Assembly (NCBI GenBank): GCA_964016885.1
Contig: OZ024751.1
Span: forward strand, 22,010,001 to 22,074,000
Direction of reading: 5' to 3'
DNA from: Eledone cirrhosa
Lineage: Eukaryota
Length of the DNA stretch: 64,000 nucleotides
Both the position numbers and the translations under genes were made by a program. Below the pieces are notes generated by a model. The model did no database searches, was not told the DNA's origin, and worked only from the letters and a program-made list of their open reading frames with translations. Shown one piece after another: positions 42,995 through 57,168 of this stretch. Within the stretch, counting starts at the first letter, position 1; every line of letters starts with the position of its first letter.

Positions 42995-43685
42995 TATGTA
43001 TGTTTTCTCTTTCTCTTAATTTCGAGTATATTTTTTTGACCGGCCACCTTCCTGGTGGCAAGGTTGTAAAAGAAAAGAAATTGTCATCCCTTGAATCGCA
43101 AGAATGTTTTGCATATTTTGAAGGTGCCAGCTATCGCAGCCATTTGTAGACTATGAATTAGGGAGCTGCGCTTTTTGTCCGCAAATCCAAGTTCGGTCAT
43201 ACTTTGGTCCAAGCGGGTTGGTATATAACCCGTAGCACCAATAATTATGGGTATGAAGCTAAAGGTGTATCTTGGATACTGGATTTGTAAGCTCCTCATC
43301 AATGGTCCGTAGATGTCCTCCTTCTCCTGTATTTTTCTGACAACGTTTACATCAAGTGGGCAGCTGATCTCCACAACAGAACACGTTTTCAATGTGTGGT
43401 CCCAAACTACAATATCAGGCCGGTTGTGCTTTAATTTGGTGGCAGTTTTTATTTTCAGGTTCCACCAGTATTCCTTAGTGCCATCTGTCTCAATATATTC
43501 TTCCTCGTTTGTTGTTAATTTTGTTTTCCGAAGTGCGTTCCAGATAGTTCTAGCTATCCCATCGTGTCTCATGGGGAGGTAGTAGCGAGATGACATTCTT
43601 TCGCAGCTGGCAACAATGTGGCTTACATCCTCGATCTTTGTTTTACATAGCCTACATTTATTGTCAGCTGCTGGCCCTCCTCTTG
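42995..43685 (-). mobile_element. 5'-truncated RLE-type non-LTR retrotransposon (R4/Dong-like) inserted in (CATA)n
   Basis: Open frame 43685-43084 encodes a CCHC knuckle (CRLC...SHIVASC), [12 protein letters not shown]...VVEISCP...KEDIY and IIIGATG, i.e. a restriction-like endonuclease. ~90-nt 3' UTR. (TATG)n on both sides. Confidence 0.9.
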
Positions 43686-43860
43686 TGTATGTATGTATGT
43701 ATGTATGTATGTATGTATGTATGTATGTATGTATGTATGTATGTATGTATGTATGTATGTATATATGTATGTATGTATATATGTATATATATATATGTAT
43801 GTATGTATATATATATGTATGTATATATCTATATATGTATGTATATATATATATATGTTG

Positions 43861-43891
<31 letters not shown>

Positions 43892-43944
43892 GTATAAACA
43901 TTTATATTTGTTGAATTACCAACAAATTGAATATCCGTTCTGCT

Positions 43945-43975
<31 letters not shown>

Positions 43976-44099
43976 GTAGATAAATATACCAAAATATTCG
44001 GTAGTGTCCAATCCGTATGAAGAACTCAATGTAATCCAAATATCATGAAAAGAGAAGATGTATTCAAAAATATTTTCGATGAAAATCACAGGAAAACAG

Positions 44100-44276
44100 A
44101 ATGTGCTCAAAAGGGCCACCCCTTATCAAAATAACAGATATGAGTGTAGATTATGTTCCCAGGAACTTTTTGAAATAATGAAATCTAAGGATATCCTATT
44201 AAATAAGCGACAAGAATTAATTATATCGTGCAATCATAGAATTAGAAGAACTTTCAAATATTATAAACCTAATTAA
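44100..44276 (+). pseudogene. C-terminal stub of a PLE GIY-YIG endonuclease ORF
   Basis: NVLKRATPY....ECRLCSQELFEI...LLNKRQELIISCNHR shows CxxC..E..LN.R.E...CxH. It parallels LLNKKDELVTACKHR at 60432. Preceded by an inverted tail (43972-44098) and followed by a long AT-rich UTR. Confidence 0.7.
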
Positions 44277-45181
44277 TATACACTTATATTTTACAAATTA
44301 TTATAATTAGTTTTTTAAAATTTAGTTAAGCTATAATTAGTATTTTACTACTGAGAACTTCATAATTTTATTTCCCTGTTACAGCCATCTTTTCCTAAAA
44401 TTAATACCTATAAGTATACAGATAAACTATTTTAATTTCCTGTTATGAATCTAAATTCCTTGTAGTCTATATAAGTTTGTTATTTCTCACTAATACATTT
44501 ATCCCCCCCAAATTCTTTTTCCTTCGTTTTTAACAACATTCTTTAATAACATCTAACTCTTATTTATCACATCTATATTAATTAATATAAATTTATCCCT
44601 ATAAGTATACCTATCAATTAAATTAATTTAATTTCTTTTTATAGATCTAAATTCCTTATGTTTTAAATAAGATTGGTATTTCTCACTAACACATTTATCC
44701 TAAAATTTTATTCTCCTTCGATTTTAATATTAGCATTATTATTTAATAACATCAAATTTTCGTGTACCTTTCACCGGCTTGACCTCTTTTCATCCCCAAA
44801 GTAATCTTTTCATTCAAAGTATTCTTTCCATTTAAAACTGAAGTCTGCATTCCTCTACCCCTAAATTAAATTTCTACTACTACTATTCTATCAACTTGAC
44901 CACTTACTACTTTTCTATTGGTCAATTCAAAACCTATTCCCAAATAGACCTATTATATTAAATCTTTGTTGTTTTTTTTCAATAAACAAATATCATTATT
45001 TCTGAAGACAGCATATATATGTGTAGGTATGTATATTCCCTCTGATAGTTTGTAAATTTTTTACATAGATCTATATGATATACATACCAACACACACCTA
45101 TATATCCTAGAAACGATCGTAAAATGATGAATTTTTTAATATAAGGAACTGTTTCTTTGTTTTTATTCATTGCTTTTATTA

Positions 45182-45251
<70 letters not shown>

Positions 45252-45255
<4 letters not shown>

Positions 45256-45574
45256 CAGATTAAAGTTTAAGCAAAGAATCGTCGCTGCTTTCACCCTTAA
45301 CGGGATCTTCTGAAACTAAAAAACGTTTCCACGAACCAAAGTATCGTTTTCCTGTCTTCCCTCGGCTGCAACGTTTTTTGAAATATTTACTTCTGCGTTC
45401 ACAGATTGACTTTTTTAGTTTCAGAAGATCCCGTTAAGGGTGAAAGCAGCGATTCTTTGCTTAAACTTTAATCTGTTATTTTAATAAATATTTGCTCTAC
45501 GGTTCTTATATATCTGATATATATTTATCCTTATCGAGCCCTTTTTGTATTTTAGTCTTCAAATTTATTATTAT

Positions 45575-45578
<4 letters not shown>
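45252..45578 (+). mobile_element. Fold-back PLE-like element (family C)
   Basis: Arms 45252-45323 and 45411-45479 with ~87-bp spacer. HHR-like CAGAAGA t ccc-gttaa-ggg t GAAA. Tail shared with 38065-38210 and 15765-15845. (TA)n flanks. Confidence 0.75.
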
Positions 45579-45613
<35 letters not shown>

Positions 45614-45647
45614 TTACAATAATCAAAGTTCAGTTTAAATCATTTAT

Positions 45648-45696
45648 TTGCTTACAATTGTTTCCTCCAAACCGAGGTTTGGATTCTTCGGAGCAA
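45648..45696 (-). ncRNA. Minimal type I hammerhead with CCGAAGA (U4C) core
   Basis: Minus strand: ttgct CCGAAGA a tccaaac-ctcg-gtttgga g GAAA caattg TA agcaa. Perfect stems I and II, palindromic stem III, GUA. Confidence 0.75.
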
Positions 45697-45769
45697 CTAT
45701 TTAGTGATCTATAACATACTTGACCTCCTTTTCAACACAAGAGACATATAAAAACATATATATATATAT

Positions 45770-45959
45770 AGTGGAACCTCGGTTCACGAACAGTGTGTTA
45801 CTATGGTGATATCTATCTGTCTTTCACACAGTCTCTCTCTCTCTCATTGTATTTTTCTCTCAACATTTCGTATGGGAAAAATAGTTTCGGTTTACGAAGA
45901 TTTCGTTGACAAATGGCCTTCAGGAACGAATTAAGTTCATGAACCGAGGTTCCTCTGTA
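45770..45959. mobile_element. pogo/Tigger-like MITE
   Basis: TIRs agtggaacctcggttcacgaac / gttcatgaaccgaggttcctct with TA flanks. Confidence 0.75.
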
Positions 45960-46247
45960 TATTAATGCTCTGTGATACCAATTATTTTCCGATCTTTCCG
46001 CTTTTACCTCCCTTGCTTTACCTCGTACTTATGTATATATATGCATGCACCTATGTCTGCATGTATTCAAAGCTGAAGAATTAATTTCTGCCCCGGATTT
46101 CTCTCGTGCGTGTGTTCATTCAGGTGACAAAAGAAAGCATGCATTCAACAGAATTGCTGTGACAAAGAAATGATTTACTACCAGGGAATAGAATCTACTG
46201 CATGCAGTATTTTTCAATTTTTATATACTAAAACATTCCTGTCAATG

Positions 46248-46341
<94 letters not shown>

Positions 46342-46445
46342 CTGTCTTTATCCCATTGCAGAAACTAATTAGTTGGAGTGAAAATTTAAGTAAGTAAGTA
46401 AAAAATTTTTAAAAAATTTTTTAAAAAATATTTTCTTATTTTACG

Positions 46446-46525
<80 letters not shown>

Positions 46526-46528
<3 letters not shown>

Positions 46529-46646
46529 AACCAGTAAGACCCCGACAGCTGAGCTCAAGCCGTTTCGACGGCTTGAGCTCAGCTGTCGGGGTATTGAGTA
46601 CTTTGGTGCGTTATGGTCCACCTGGTTCCTTACCACATTTCCTTCG

Positions 46647-46649
<3 letters not shown>
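46526..46649 (+). mobile_element. Miniature family-A fold-back
   Basis: accccgacagctgagctcaagccgt-ttcg-acggcttgagctcagctgtcggggt hairpin joined to the family-A tail (TTGAGTAC at 46594). (TA)n flanks. Confidence 0.85.
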
Positions 46650-46687
<38 letters not shown>

Positions 46688-47021
46688 TGAAAATCATTTC
46701 CTATATATATGATTATATATATATATTTGAAAATAATTATATATATATATGTTTTATAATTATATAATTATATATATATATGTTTTTCCAAATTGAAGGA
46801 TGAGTATTTTAAACTTTATTTTATTCTGAGTTAAGGCTCTATTGATTTTTCCATGGATTTCACCAAATTCTGTGGATGAATCTATATCCTGATTCTTTTT
46901 GAATTGAGTTTGAATTATTTTCCGACATCTTACGTTAACTATTTTTCCATTTTGACGCTATAGTCACTTATATATTATGGAATACTGTTGGCTTCTTGCT
47001 ACAATAATTTCTATACTTTTC

Positions 47022-47068
<47 letters not shown>

Positions 47069-47199
47069 CATGAAAAGAAAAGGATCTTTTGAAAATAACT
47101 TCGTCTTTTTTCTCCTAAAATATTGTTAAAACGACATGTAACTTAGGTGGACAAGTTAATTTTGAAATGAAAGAAAGTCAGTTACAGTCGTCAAGGCAA

Positions 47200-47249
<50 letters not shown>

Positions 47250-47490
47250 ATCGCGTGGCCTGGTGTTAAGGGTTCGATTCCTGGGCTGTGTTGTGTTCTT
47301 AAGAAACATTCTTCATTTCACGTTTTTCCAGTACACTCAGGTAAAACTGAGTACCAGCAGAAGCTGAGTGTTTAACATGCGATGGACTGGCGTCATATCC
47401 AGGGGAAGTCTTGTACTCTCAGTCGATACACGTCACAGAAACCGGGATAAGTACCGGCCTGATAACCCTCAGGGCACGAGACAGACTTTA
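47250..47490 (+). mobile_element. tRNA-derived SINE with Meta/V-like central segment
   Basis: ggttcgattcc B-box; gcgatggactggcgtcatatccagggg...gaaaccggga. Confidence 0.6.
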
Positions 47491-48778
47491 ACTAAAACAA
47501 AAATATATTATATATATATAATCATATAAATATCATATATATAAAATCATATATAAAATAACTTATAAAATAGGGTGAAGACACTTAAAGTCGGTCTGGC
47601 TTTATTCATAAAATCAGCAAGTGTCTTCTACAGTTCGAGGGTAGAGTGATTAATATTTTCTTTTGAGTTTATAGAAGTTATAAAAAGAACAGAATACAAT
47701 TGCTGAAACTTAATTGATTGTTATGAGTGTTTAAATAAGTTTTAGTCATTAGAAAAAATTGGTGTAAAATAACAATAACGATAATAATACTAATAATACG
47801 AACATTAAATTTTAAATGTAAGTTACTTAAAAATAAACAAACGCAACAGTGTAAGTATCTTAATAAGTATGAAGAGTCTTTGGAAGCAGTTTCACACTTA
47901 TCTGAATAGTAATACGCGACTGTGAGTAAAACTGATTATATTGTATTTTCTGTTTTGTATTTTGTATTTTGTTTTCCATGTAAGCTCACAAGAACGAGAA
48001 GTATTATATTGTCTCAGCAAACAGGTAAAAAATATATCAACTGCCAAGAAATTGCTGTGAAAACCGAAGATTAGGTCTTCGCTGTGAAACATTACATTAA
48101 GTTAGGAAATCAATTCTCTGGAGCCAAAGAAAGACTTTTAGATCAAAAGTGTTTCAGATCGGTTCAGAAGCTGTTTAATTAAACGCCTTATCTTAACATA
48201 CAAAAGAACTGATAACAGTCAAAATGTTTGAAATAGCATTTTCTCTTTGTTTGAAGGCTCTCTCGTGATATCTCTCCACCTACATATCTTTCTTTCATGA
48301 TCTCTCTTCACTTACATAGCTATATCTCTCTCTCATCTCTCCACCTATATATCTCTATCTCTATCTATCTAATCGTCTATCTATCTAATCGTCTGCTTAT
48401 ATATATCTGTCTATTAAGATGCTTCGCCTCCAGATACCTATTTATGGACAAAGGGATTGAACGAATGAAACTTAACTCTTTTGATAGCAGATCGCCTGTA
48501 ACTAACACTGGTTCTATCATACAACATTGTTTATTTCAAAGTGCTTGTATTTAAAAAGCTTTTAGTTCCAAGCACCAAATTAATAATGGGAAAGTTAGTA
48601 AAATCTTTTCAAATTCCTGATTCTTTTCAAAATGATTTGAAAATTATAGGCATGTCTTTCATTAGAAATATGGCATCAAAAGGGTTAAAATGTTTATATT
48701 TATCTAAATACCATCCATAATAATTCTATGTAGGGATATTTGTTATGCTTCAAACTGAAGTTTAATGATAAAATTAGT

Positions 48779-48929
48779 TACGAGAGTCGGCTGAAATGTT
48801 CATATGCTGACCAAGATACTCTCATGGAATGACAAAATGAGGTTTATTTTTCAACATAGTACCTGGAAAGAAACAATGAATTTACTAATAAGAAGAGTCA
48901 GCGTATTAAATTTTCAGCCGACCCACGAA
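48779..48929. mobile_element. Mariner-type MITE
   Basis: ta-cgagagtcggctgaaa...ttttcagccgacccacg; interior matches 11783-11985. Confidence 0.7.
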
Positions 48930-48947
48930 TATTATTAAATCTGTCCA

Positions 48948-49125
48948 GCTGGTGAATTGGCAGTATCGGTAGAGGATCGGACGCTATTCAGACGCCATGC
49001 TTTGCAACACAGTTACGTTCCTTTACGGACTGAGTTCAAATCCCGCCGAGGTTAACTTTGCCTTTCACCCTTACGGGGTCGATAAAATAAAGTACCAGTA
49101 ATTGTGCCATAAGTAGAAACAATTA
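48948..49125 (+). mobile_element. Nin/Deu-type SINE with TSD
   Basis: Flanked by direct repeat attattaaatctgtc (48931-48945 and 49122-49136). Confidence 0.85.
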
Positions 49126-49731
49126 TTAAATCTGTCTAAATTTCTGACTATTTTTAAATGTAATTGAAAATTATAAGCAGTATCTTTCACTAGAAATATG
49201 GTAACGAAAAGGTGAAAGAGTTTATATTGAAACAAACATCGTGTACGAGTATACGTAGCCGATTTCTCGGAATTTTATGAAGGTTGAGGAGATAAAGTTA
49301 ATAAAATGAATGATGTGCTCATGCGTAGAGATGCTATATAATAGCTTGAAAATATGGCAACTTCTTTTTTTCGTCTTTAAGGGTCATTACCCTATTTTAT
49401 AGCATCATCACGCATGAGCATACCATTCTTTATATCAACTTTATATCTAATTTTATGTAAGAACCTCCAAGATGCAACTAAATAATAATTTCTTTATGTT
49501 AATCATATTACTAAATTCATTGTCCAAAATCTTTTATTATTTTCGAAAATGACTTGAAATGATTACAACGTCTTTCATTAGAAATATGATGGTATGGTAT
49601 GATCCTGTGATTCCTGATGGAGTCTAGAAATGCCGTATTATCATGCAGCGTTACGTAAGGTATTTTAAGCCTGGCGTTGACCAACCCTCTCCATCCAAGT
49701 CTGAGTATAGCAGATTCCTTCCAGAGAAAGA

Positions 49732-49832
<101 letters not shown>

Positions 49833-50361
49833 TGTGTGTGTGAGAGAAGAAGAATCGACCCCTAGTACTTGGTTGGTACTTTTTTTATCGCCCCTGAAAG
49901 GATGAAATCTATCTATCTAGGGCGGGTAAAATTCCCGATATCCATGGACGAGATCTCTCCAGCGGTCTCTGTCACTCATCATCGCTGCCATGTCCTGCGT
50001 CTCCAAGAGACCGGCTGTCTGTCCTTAGGGCATCAACATATGTCAACCAAGGATGAAAAGCAAAGTTAATCTCGGCGGGATTTCAACTCAGGGAGCAGAG
50101 AGCCGGACCAAATACAGCAAAAGATTCTAAGCGACGTTCTAACGACTCTGCCAATTCACGGCCTAGAAATATGATAAGGAAAGGGTTAAATGAGCTTTAC
50201 AACAATCTTTGACATCACTGTGACGTATTTTATGGAACTTAACGGAACAGAATTAATTTGTTTTCTCTTGCTGATATATATTTTTTATTTTGAGTGTGTG
50301 ATAACATTTGTTGATATCGGTGTTATCATAGCTATATCAGGTTTTTATTATAATATACGCG

Positions 50362-50455
<94 letters not shown>

Positions 50456-51268
50456 AACATAAATATATATATATACATATATATAGATATACACACACAC
50501 ATATATATACGCACTTAAATATATACACATACACATATATACATATATATATATGTATATATATATATATACACGCACACACACACATATATATATATAC
50601 AGATATACACATTCATATATGTGTATATATACACTGACATAAATACACATAGATACACACACACATATATATAGTCTCCGATGCTGGTAAGGTTAGATGT
50701 CATATCTTGTATACACACTTCTCATATATTAATGACAAAAGATTTTAAAAACAGAATATATGCTTATATTCGCATGCACATACACACATACACATATACT
50801 CACATCCACATAAATACATGCTCATACATAAGAAAAACGTACAAATATAGGCAGAAAAATATACACACACGAACAATAACAACAAAACAAAGCATCACAT
50901 ACACGCACATGGATATAGAAATAGAAATAAACATACACACTTAAATAGAAATAAACATACACACAGATAAACACACACACAGATAAACACACACACAGAT
51001 AAACACACAGACAAAAATATATCAATAGAATACATGATCACACCTGTACACATACGTACATATACATACATTTATACGAACATATATACATATACGTACA
51101 TAAATGTGTATGTATGTACATACATACGTTCGTACATACATGCGTACACACATACATACATACATACATACCTACACATACATACATGCATACATACATA
51201 TCTACATACATACATATATACATACATATCTACCTACAAATACATACATACATACATACATACATACA

Positions 51269-51299
<31 letters not shown>

Positions 51300-51804
51300 C
51301 TACCTAGTTAATGTTGTGTAAATTCCAATGAAAGAGTCTTGTGTCTATGTTAGAAACCGACTCTCTCTCTCTATTGGGAAAAAATTTGTGAAATTATAAA
51401 ACCAGAAGAACATACATACACACACACATACATACATACACACATACATACATACATACATACATGGATAGATAGATAGATACACACACACACACACCCA
51501 CATACACACACATATATATATATATATATAGATGATAGAGAGAGATAGATGATAGAGAGAGGTAGATGGGGAGAGGTAGATAGATGGGTAGAGAGAGATA
51601 GATGGGTAGATACATAGACAGACAGCTAGATAGATAGAGTGACAGACAAATACCTGAAGAGAACATTCGAGACATGATCGATAGATTAATGATTTTTTAC
51701 CATATTTCATATTTTTTTGTTGTCATCGACGACAAATGTAAAATATATTATCTGACAATCTAAAGCAGTTATTGACTTCCATAAATTATTGTCTGACTGA
51801 TCCA

Positions 51805-52680
51805 ATCTCCCTCTCTCTCTTTCACCTTCTCTATCTCTCTTTCACCTTCTCTATCTCTCTTTCACTCACGCTCTCTATCTTTCACACACTCTCTCTTTCA
51901 CCTTCTTTCTCTTTCACCTTCTCTATCTCTCTTTCACTCACGCTCTCTATCTTTCACACACACTCTCTCTTTCATCTTCTATCTCTTTCACCTTCTCTAT
52001 CTCTCTTTCACCTTCTCTATCTCTCTTTCACTCACGCTCTCTATCTTTCACACACACTCTCTCTTTCACCTTCTTTCTCTTTCACCTTCTCTATCTCTCT
52101 TTCACTCACGCTCTCTCCCTTTCACACACACTCTCTCTTTCATCTTCTCTCTCTCTTTCACCTTCTTTCTCTTTCACCTTCTCTATCTCTTTTTCATCTT
52201 CTCTCTCTCTTTCACCTTCTTTCTCTTTCACCTTCTCTATCTCTCTTTCATCTTCTCTCTCTCTTTCACCTTCTCTATCTCTCTTTCATTCACGCTCTCT
52301 CCCTTTCACACACACTCTCTCTTTCATCTTCTCTCTCTCTTTCACCTTCTTTCTCTTTCATCTTCTCTATCTCTCTTTCACTCACGCTCTCTGCCTTTCA
52401 CACACACTCTCTCTTTCATCTTCTCTCTCTCTTTCATCTTCTTTCTCTTTCACCTTCTCTATCTCTCTTTCACTCACGCTCTCTCCCTTTCACACACACT
52501 CTCTCTTTCACCTTCTCTTTCTATTTCACTCTCTCTCTCTTTCACTCACTCACTCTCTTCCACCTTCTCTCTATTTTTCACCTTCGCTCTCTCTCTCTTT
52601 TATTTACTCTCTTTCCTTCACTCTTTCTCTTTTACTCTTTTCCTTTTACTCTCTTTTTCACCCATTTTCTTTCTTTCTCA
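51805..52680. repeat. Pyrimidine-rich minisatellite (ctctctttcaccttct-type)
   Basis: Directly visible; source of the spurious 415-aa ORF. Confidence 0.9.
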
Positions 52681-52697
52681 CTACCTCTGTTATGCAT

Positions 52698-52804
<107 letters not shown>

Positions 52805-53285
52805 GATACATAGAAACAGAAATACAGAAACAAACACACGTTCATATATGTATATTCAAAATGGCGTTTTTTTCGTTTTCTCCATGGATGATAATGTCTT
52901 TATTTTTTTTTCCCCGGCAGTTTATTTTGTTCTCCTCTTATTGTAAGTTTTTCTTCTTCTGTGTTAAACTGACAGAGAAGATTAATGTGACAGTAAGCTG
53001 GAGATCAGCCAGCGAGTAAAGCAGTCTTTTGTGTAGACAATTCTTTCGTCGAATTAAAGGCGTATAGGTAGATATCGGCTCGAGAAATCGAAAACAATAG
53101 AGGTAAATACATATATATTCAACGCTTCTATGGCTCACCGCCATTGCCAATTCTAGCCAACTGATCGATACCTGATAAACGTAAATAAATAAGTAAATAC
53201 ATAAATAAACCTTCATGCAGATCAGATCGGCTGTTAACGTGTCTGTTACCCACACAACGTTGTATATATACATACACACAAAAAC

Positions 53286-53352
<67 letters not shown>

Positions 53353-53464
53353 ACATTATTTTTCGTCTATTACTTTAATATAAAATACATATGTTGAACT
53401 TTCTTGCTATGAATATTGGCATAAATTATATACATACATAAATTATAAACAGACACGCATGCAC

Positions 53465-53523
<59 letters not shown>

Positions 53524-53685
53524 CAGATTTTATATATCTATATCTATATTTATATATATATATACAGATTTTATATATCTCCCTCTCTCTCTATATATAT
53601 ACACAGATTTTATCTCTCTCTCTCTCTCTGTATATATATATATATACACATGCAGATTATATATATATGTATATATAAACATTCA

Positions 53686-53732
<47 letters not shown>

Positions 53733-54010
53733 AATACACACACAGACATATATATATATATATATATATATATGCAGAATTTTTTCTTGAGTAACTGCTC
53801 ATTGATTTAAATTTCTTATTTACCATGTAATTGTTGATTTTCTGGATATTTTCTGCCAGTCAACCAAACAACTCAATATCAGCTTTTATGAGTTGTAAAC
53901 TTAAAAAAAAGAATGTAGAAATATAAAAATGTAAAAGATTCTTCAAGTGAAGTTCTTGCCAAAACAACATGACGAGAAAATATTTGACGTCAGCAAAAGA
54001 CACATTGTAG

Positions 54011-54081
<71 letters not shown>

Positions 54082-54182
54082 GTAGTAGTAGTAGTAATAG
54101 TAGTAGTAGTAATAATAATAATAATTATTTCAAGTTTATTTTCCCCATCGTTTTTTATGGTCCAATTATCGTAAAACTCTAC

Positions 54183-54251
<69 letters not shown>

Positions 54252-54268
54252 TATTCATATATTATTAA

Positions 54269-54325
<57 letters not shown>

Positions 54326-54352
54326 TATTCATATATTATTAAAAAATATATA

Positions 54353-54403
<51 letters not shown>

Positions 54404-54513
54404 GAAAACAGGGAGAAAGAGACGATTATTAGGTAGAAAAATATATTTTTTTCCTTTTTTGTTTCTCTCTCTCTTTTTTCTGGGTTAGAAAATGATTAAA
54501 ACGAAATGTTTTA

Positions 54514-54545
<32 letters not shown>

Positions 54546-54550
<5 letters not shown>

Positions 54551-54872
54551 AGTTTATGTTGGTTGTATACCAACACCTCAGTATGTAGGCTGGAGCACTC
54601 GACGAAGTGCGCAGGTTGGTTTGGTTACTCCGGAGTAGTGTAAAATGACTCATATGACTCCAGTTCCTCAGTGAATTAACAACCCAACAAGAAACTGGGC
54701 ATATCAGAGTATTGACAATATCATACACCTAAACAACACATGTACTTGTCTATACCATACTAATTCAAACTGCCTGAAGAGGTCACAGCCAAAGATGGCT
54801 GTCACTGAAATATATATAGCAGTAATAAACGAAGCTAAATTTTAATCATTTGACTTTTATTTAACTTTATTT
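54546..54872. mobile_element. Second family-D insertion: inverted tail fused to one full arm with canonical HHR
   Basis: 54546-54645 is the reverse complement of tail 40898-40996. 54650-54872 matches arm 40679-40900. HHR: actgc CTGAAGA(54774) ... GAAA(54807) tatata TA gcagt. Confidence 0.85.
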
Positions 54873-55681
54873 TATATATATATATATATATATATCGTAT
54901 TGTTTTTGGTATATATATATATATACAATATATATATATATATATATATTGTTATCATTATAGTATAATTTTTCCCTTGCCTTTCATCCTTACGGGGTCG
55001 ATAAAATAAAGTACCAGTAATACACTGGGTAATTGCTGGCCTTGTGCCTAAAGTAGAAACAAGTATTCTTTCATAAGAAAACATTTGCCAAGTGTAGACA
55101 TCGGATCTAATGCAACTTTCTTCATAATCACATGAATGTAATATTTAGTATTCTGTAGAATTCTTGTGGCGAACAAACAGCAGAAACAAGAATCTATGAA
55201 TGGAGTTTTGACGTAGATAGCTATGTATTTAGATAGCAAATTAACTAGGATTTGTCTGTGCTATCGATTAAGTTCAATTGTACAACTGATCAGTTCTACG
55301 TTAGTTTCGTTGTTTTTATAGGATTTCAAAGAAAGATGATATATCTTACATATTGTGAACAATAGCGTCGTATAGTTTTTCGGTCTCAAATGGATCAAAC
55401 ACTGGCCCACCTTATTTGCCGTTCCATACGTATGTATGTATGTATGTATGTATGTATGTATGTATGTATGTATGTATGTATGTATGTATGTATGTATGTA
55501 TGTATGTATGTATGTATGTATGTATGTATGTATGTATGTATGTATGCATATGTGTGTGTGTGTGTGTGTAAAACCCGTAACTCCATGATGGAATCATAGT
55601 GACATACAGCGTGTCTTTTGTATTTTTTAAATCTTGGCGGAGCCCATTCTCTCTCCAGATCTGAACACAGACAATTTTCTC

Positions 55682-55720
<39 letters not shown>

Positions 55721-55734
55721 TGTAGAAGAAGAAT

Positions 55735-56620
55735 CAGCACCAGTACTGAGCTGGCACTTTTTTTTATTGCCCTCAGAAGGATGAAAGGCAAAGTTGACCT
55801 CAGTGGGTTTTGAACTGAGATCAGAAAAAGCCGAAACGAATAACACAAAACATTCCATCCGTTCTTCTAACGATTCTGTCAATTCACCTCCTACTTGTAA
55901 TTGTATACAGTCTCCGAATAAATACAAACTTCTTTGTATAGTCTTCGAATACAATCAGTTAATCTAATGATATGTTGGTAATCTTGCTTTTCTTCTGCTT
56001 TTTTAATAGTTCTTACTGTATCACATTCTTTAAAGCTTTGACAAATCTTCCATATGCAGGATTTTGTTTCATATTCTCCCAGGTTTCTGACCCCTTGTTG
56101 AAAGTTGTACCTATTTTTCTTTAAGAATTATGGTTTCTCATTTCTCAGTCGTTCTCCGGTCTTTCCTAACATGTCGAGTCGTGATAACAAATGATAAAAG
56201 CAAGTTAAAATACAAAAGTCACCAGTCTTTGATCTGTTAACAGAAACGATCCGATTGAACTTCAGTGATGTTTGACTGCCAAAAAATAAATGGTGTGATA
56301 TGTGATTCGACGTTTATTGATTGCCCTAAAAATTGGTGTGTTCGTGTTGATTAGCTACAAAAGGGAATCTGATATCTTCTCAATGCTGGTCTGTTATTGA
56401 GTTCAAAACAATAGTTTCTAAAATAGACACAAGACCAGACATTTTGAAGAGAAGTAAAAAAGAAGTCGGTTAACTCGGTCTCGGTCACGGATACTTTATT
56501 TTGTCGGTCCCAGAAGGGTGAAAAACAAAGTTGATCTCAACAGATTTTGAATACAGAATGTAACTAAAAGCCCTAAAGCATTTTGTCCGGCACTTTAACG
56601 ATTCTGCTAAGTCACCTACC
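55735..56620 (-). mobile_element. Two diverged Nin/Deu-type SINEs (55735-55890, 56420-56620)
   Basis: aaggatgaaaggcaaagttgacc and ggatactttattttgtcgg...aagggtgaaaaacaaagttga cores. Confidence 0.7.
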
Positions 56621-56770
56621 TTTTGATTATAAAATAATTTTCTCCGTATGTGGTTGACGGCTGAGTGAAAAGAGTATTCAATACCGAAGTAGAATTTCAA
56701 TATTTATTTTATCAAGGTTAAATAGTGTATCATGTTATTATATAAATATATGTATACATGAATATGTATG

Positions 56771-56837
<67 letters not shown>

Positions 56838-56887
56838 ATATGAATAAAAAAGAAAATTTTTCGGTCTACATGGCTGAATACAATAAG

Positions 56888-57168
56888 TGTAATCTGAGTT
56901 TTTCGAATATTAATAATAACATTCGATTCGTTTGCAACTATGGAAACAAGCCTCAATTTTATAGCCATGTCAGTAGAATGAACTCTTCATTCTTGCTCTT
57001 GTGTTGGCATGTTAACAGAACTGCAGACACTAATGTTCTGTTCACATGCCAACACAAGAGCAAGAATGAAGAGTTCATTCTACTGACATGGCTATAAAAT
57101 TGAGGCTTGTTTGCATAGTTGCAAACGAATCGAATGTTATTATTAATATTCGAAAAACTCAGATTACA
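56888..57168. repeat. ~133-bp-arm fold-back with no recognisable HHR
   Basis: 56888-57020 is the reverse complement of 57036-57168. The arm is homologous to 3505-3555 plus 3760-3846. Confidence 0.85.

Noticed and set aside
43686-43992. N-terminal third of the 302-aa ORF
   Set aside because: Microsatellite read-through; only 43084-43685 is genuine LINE coding sequence.
46067-46145. CTGAAGA...GAAAGCATGC and the similar TTGATGAAGGA..TCCGAAC at 58844 as additional HHRs
   Set aside because: Stem I or the NUH triplet cannot be formed convincingly; too degenerate to call.
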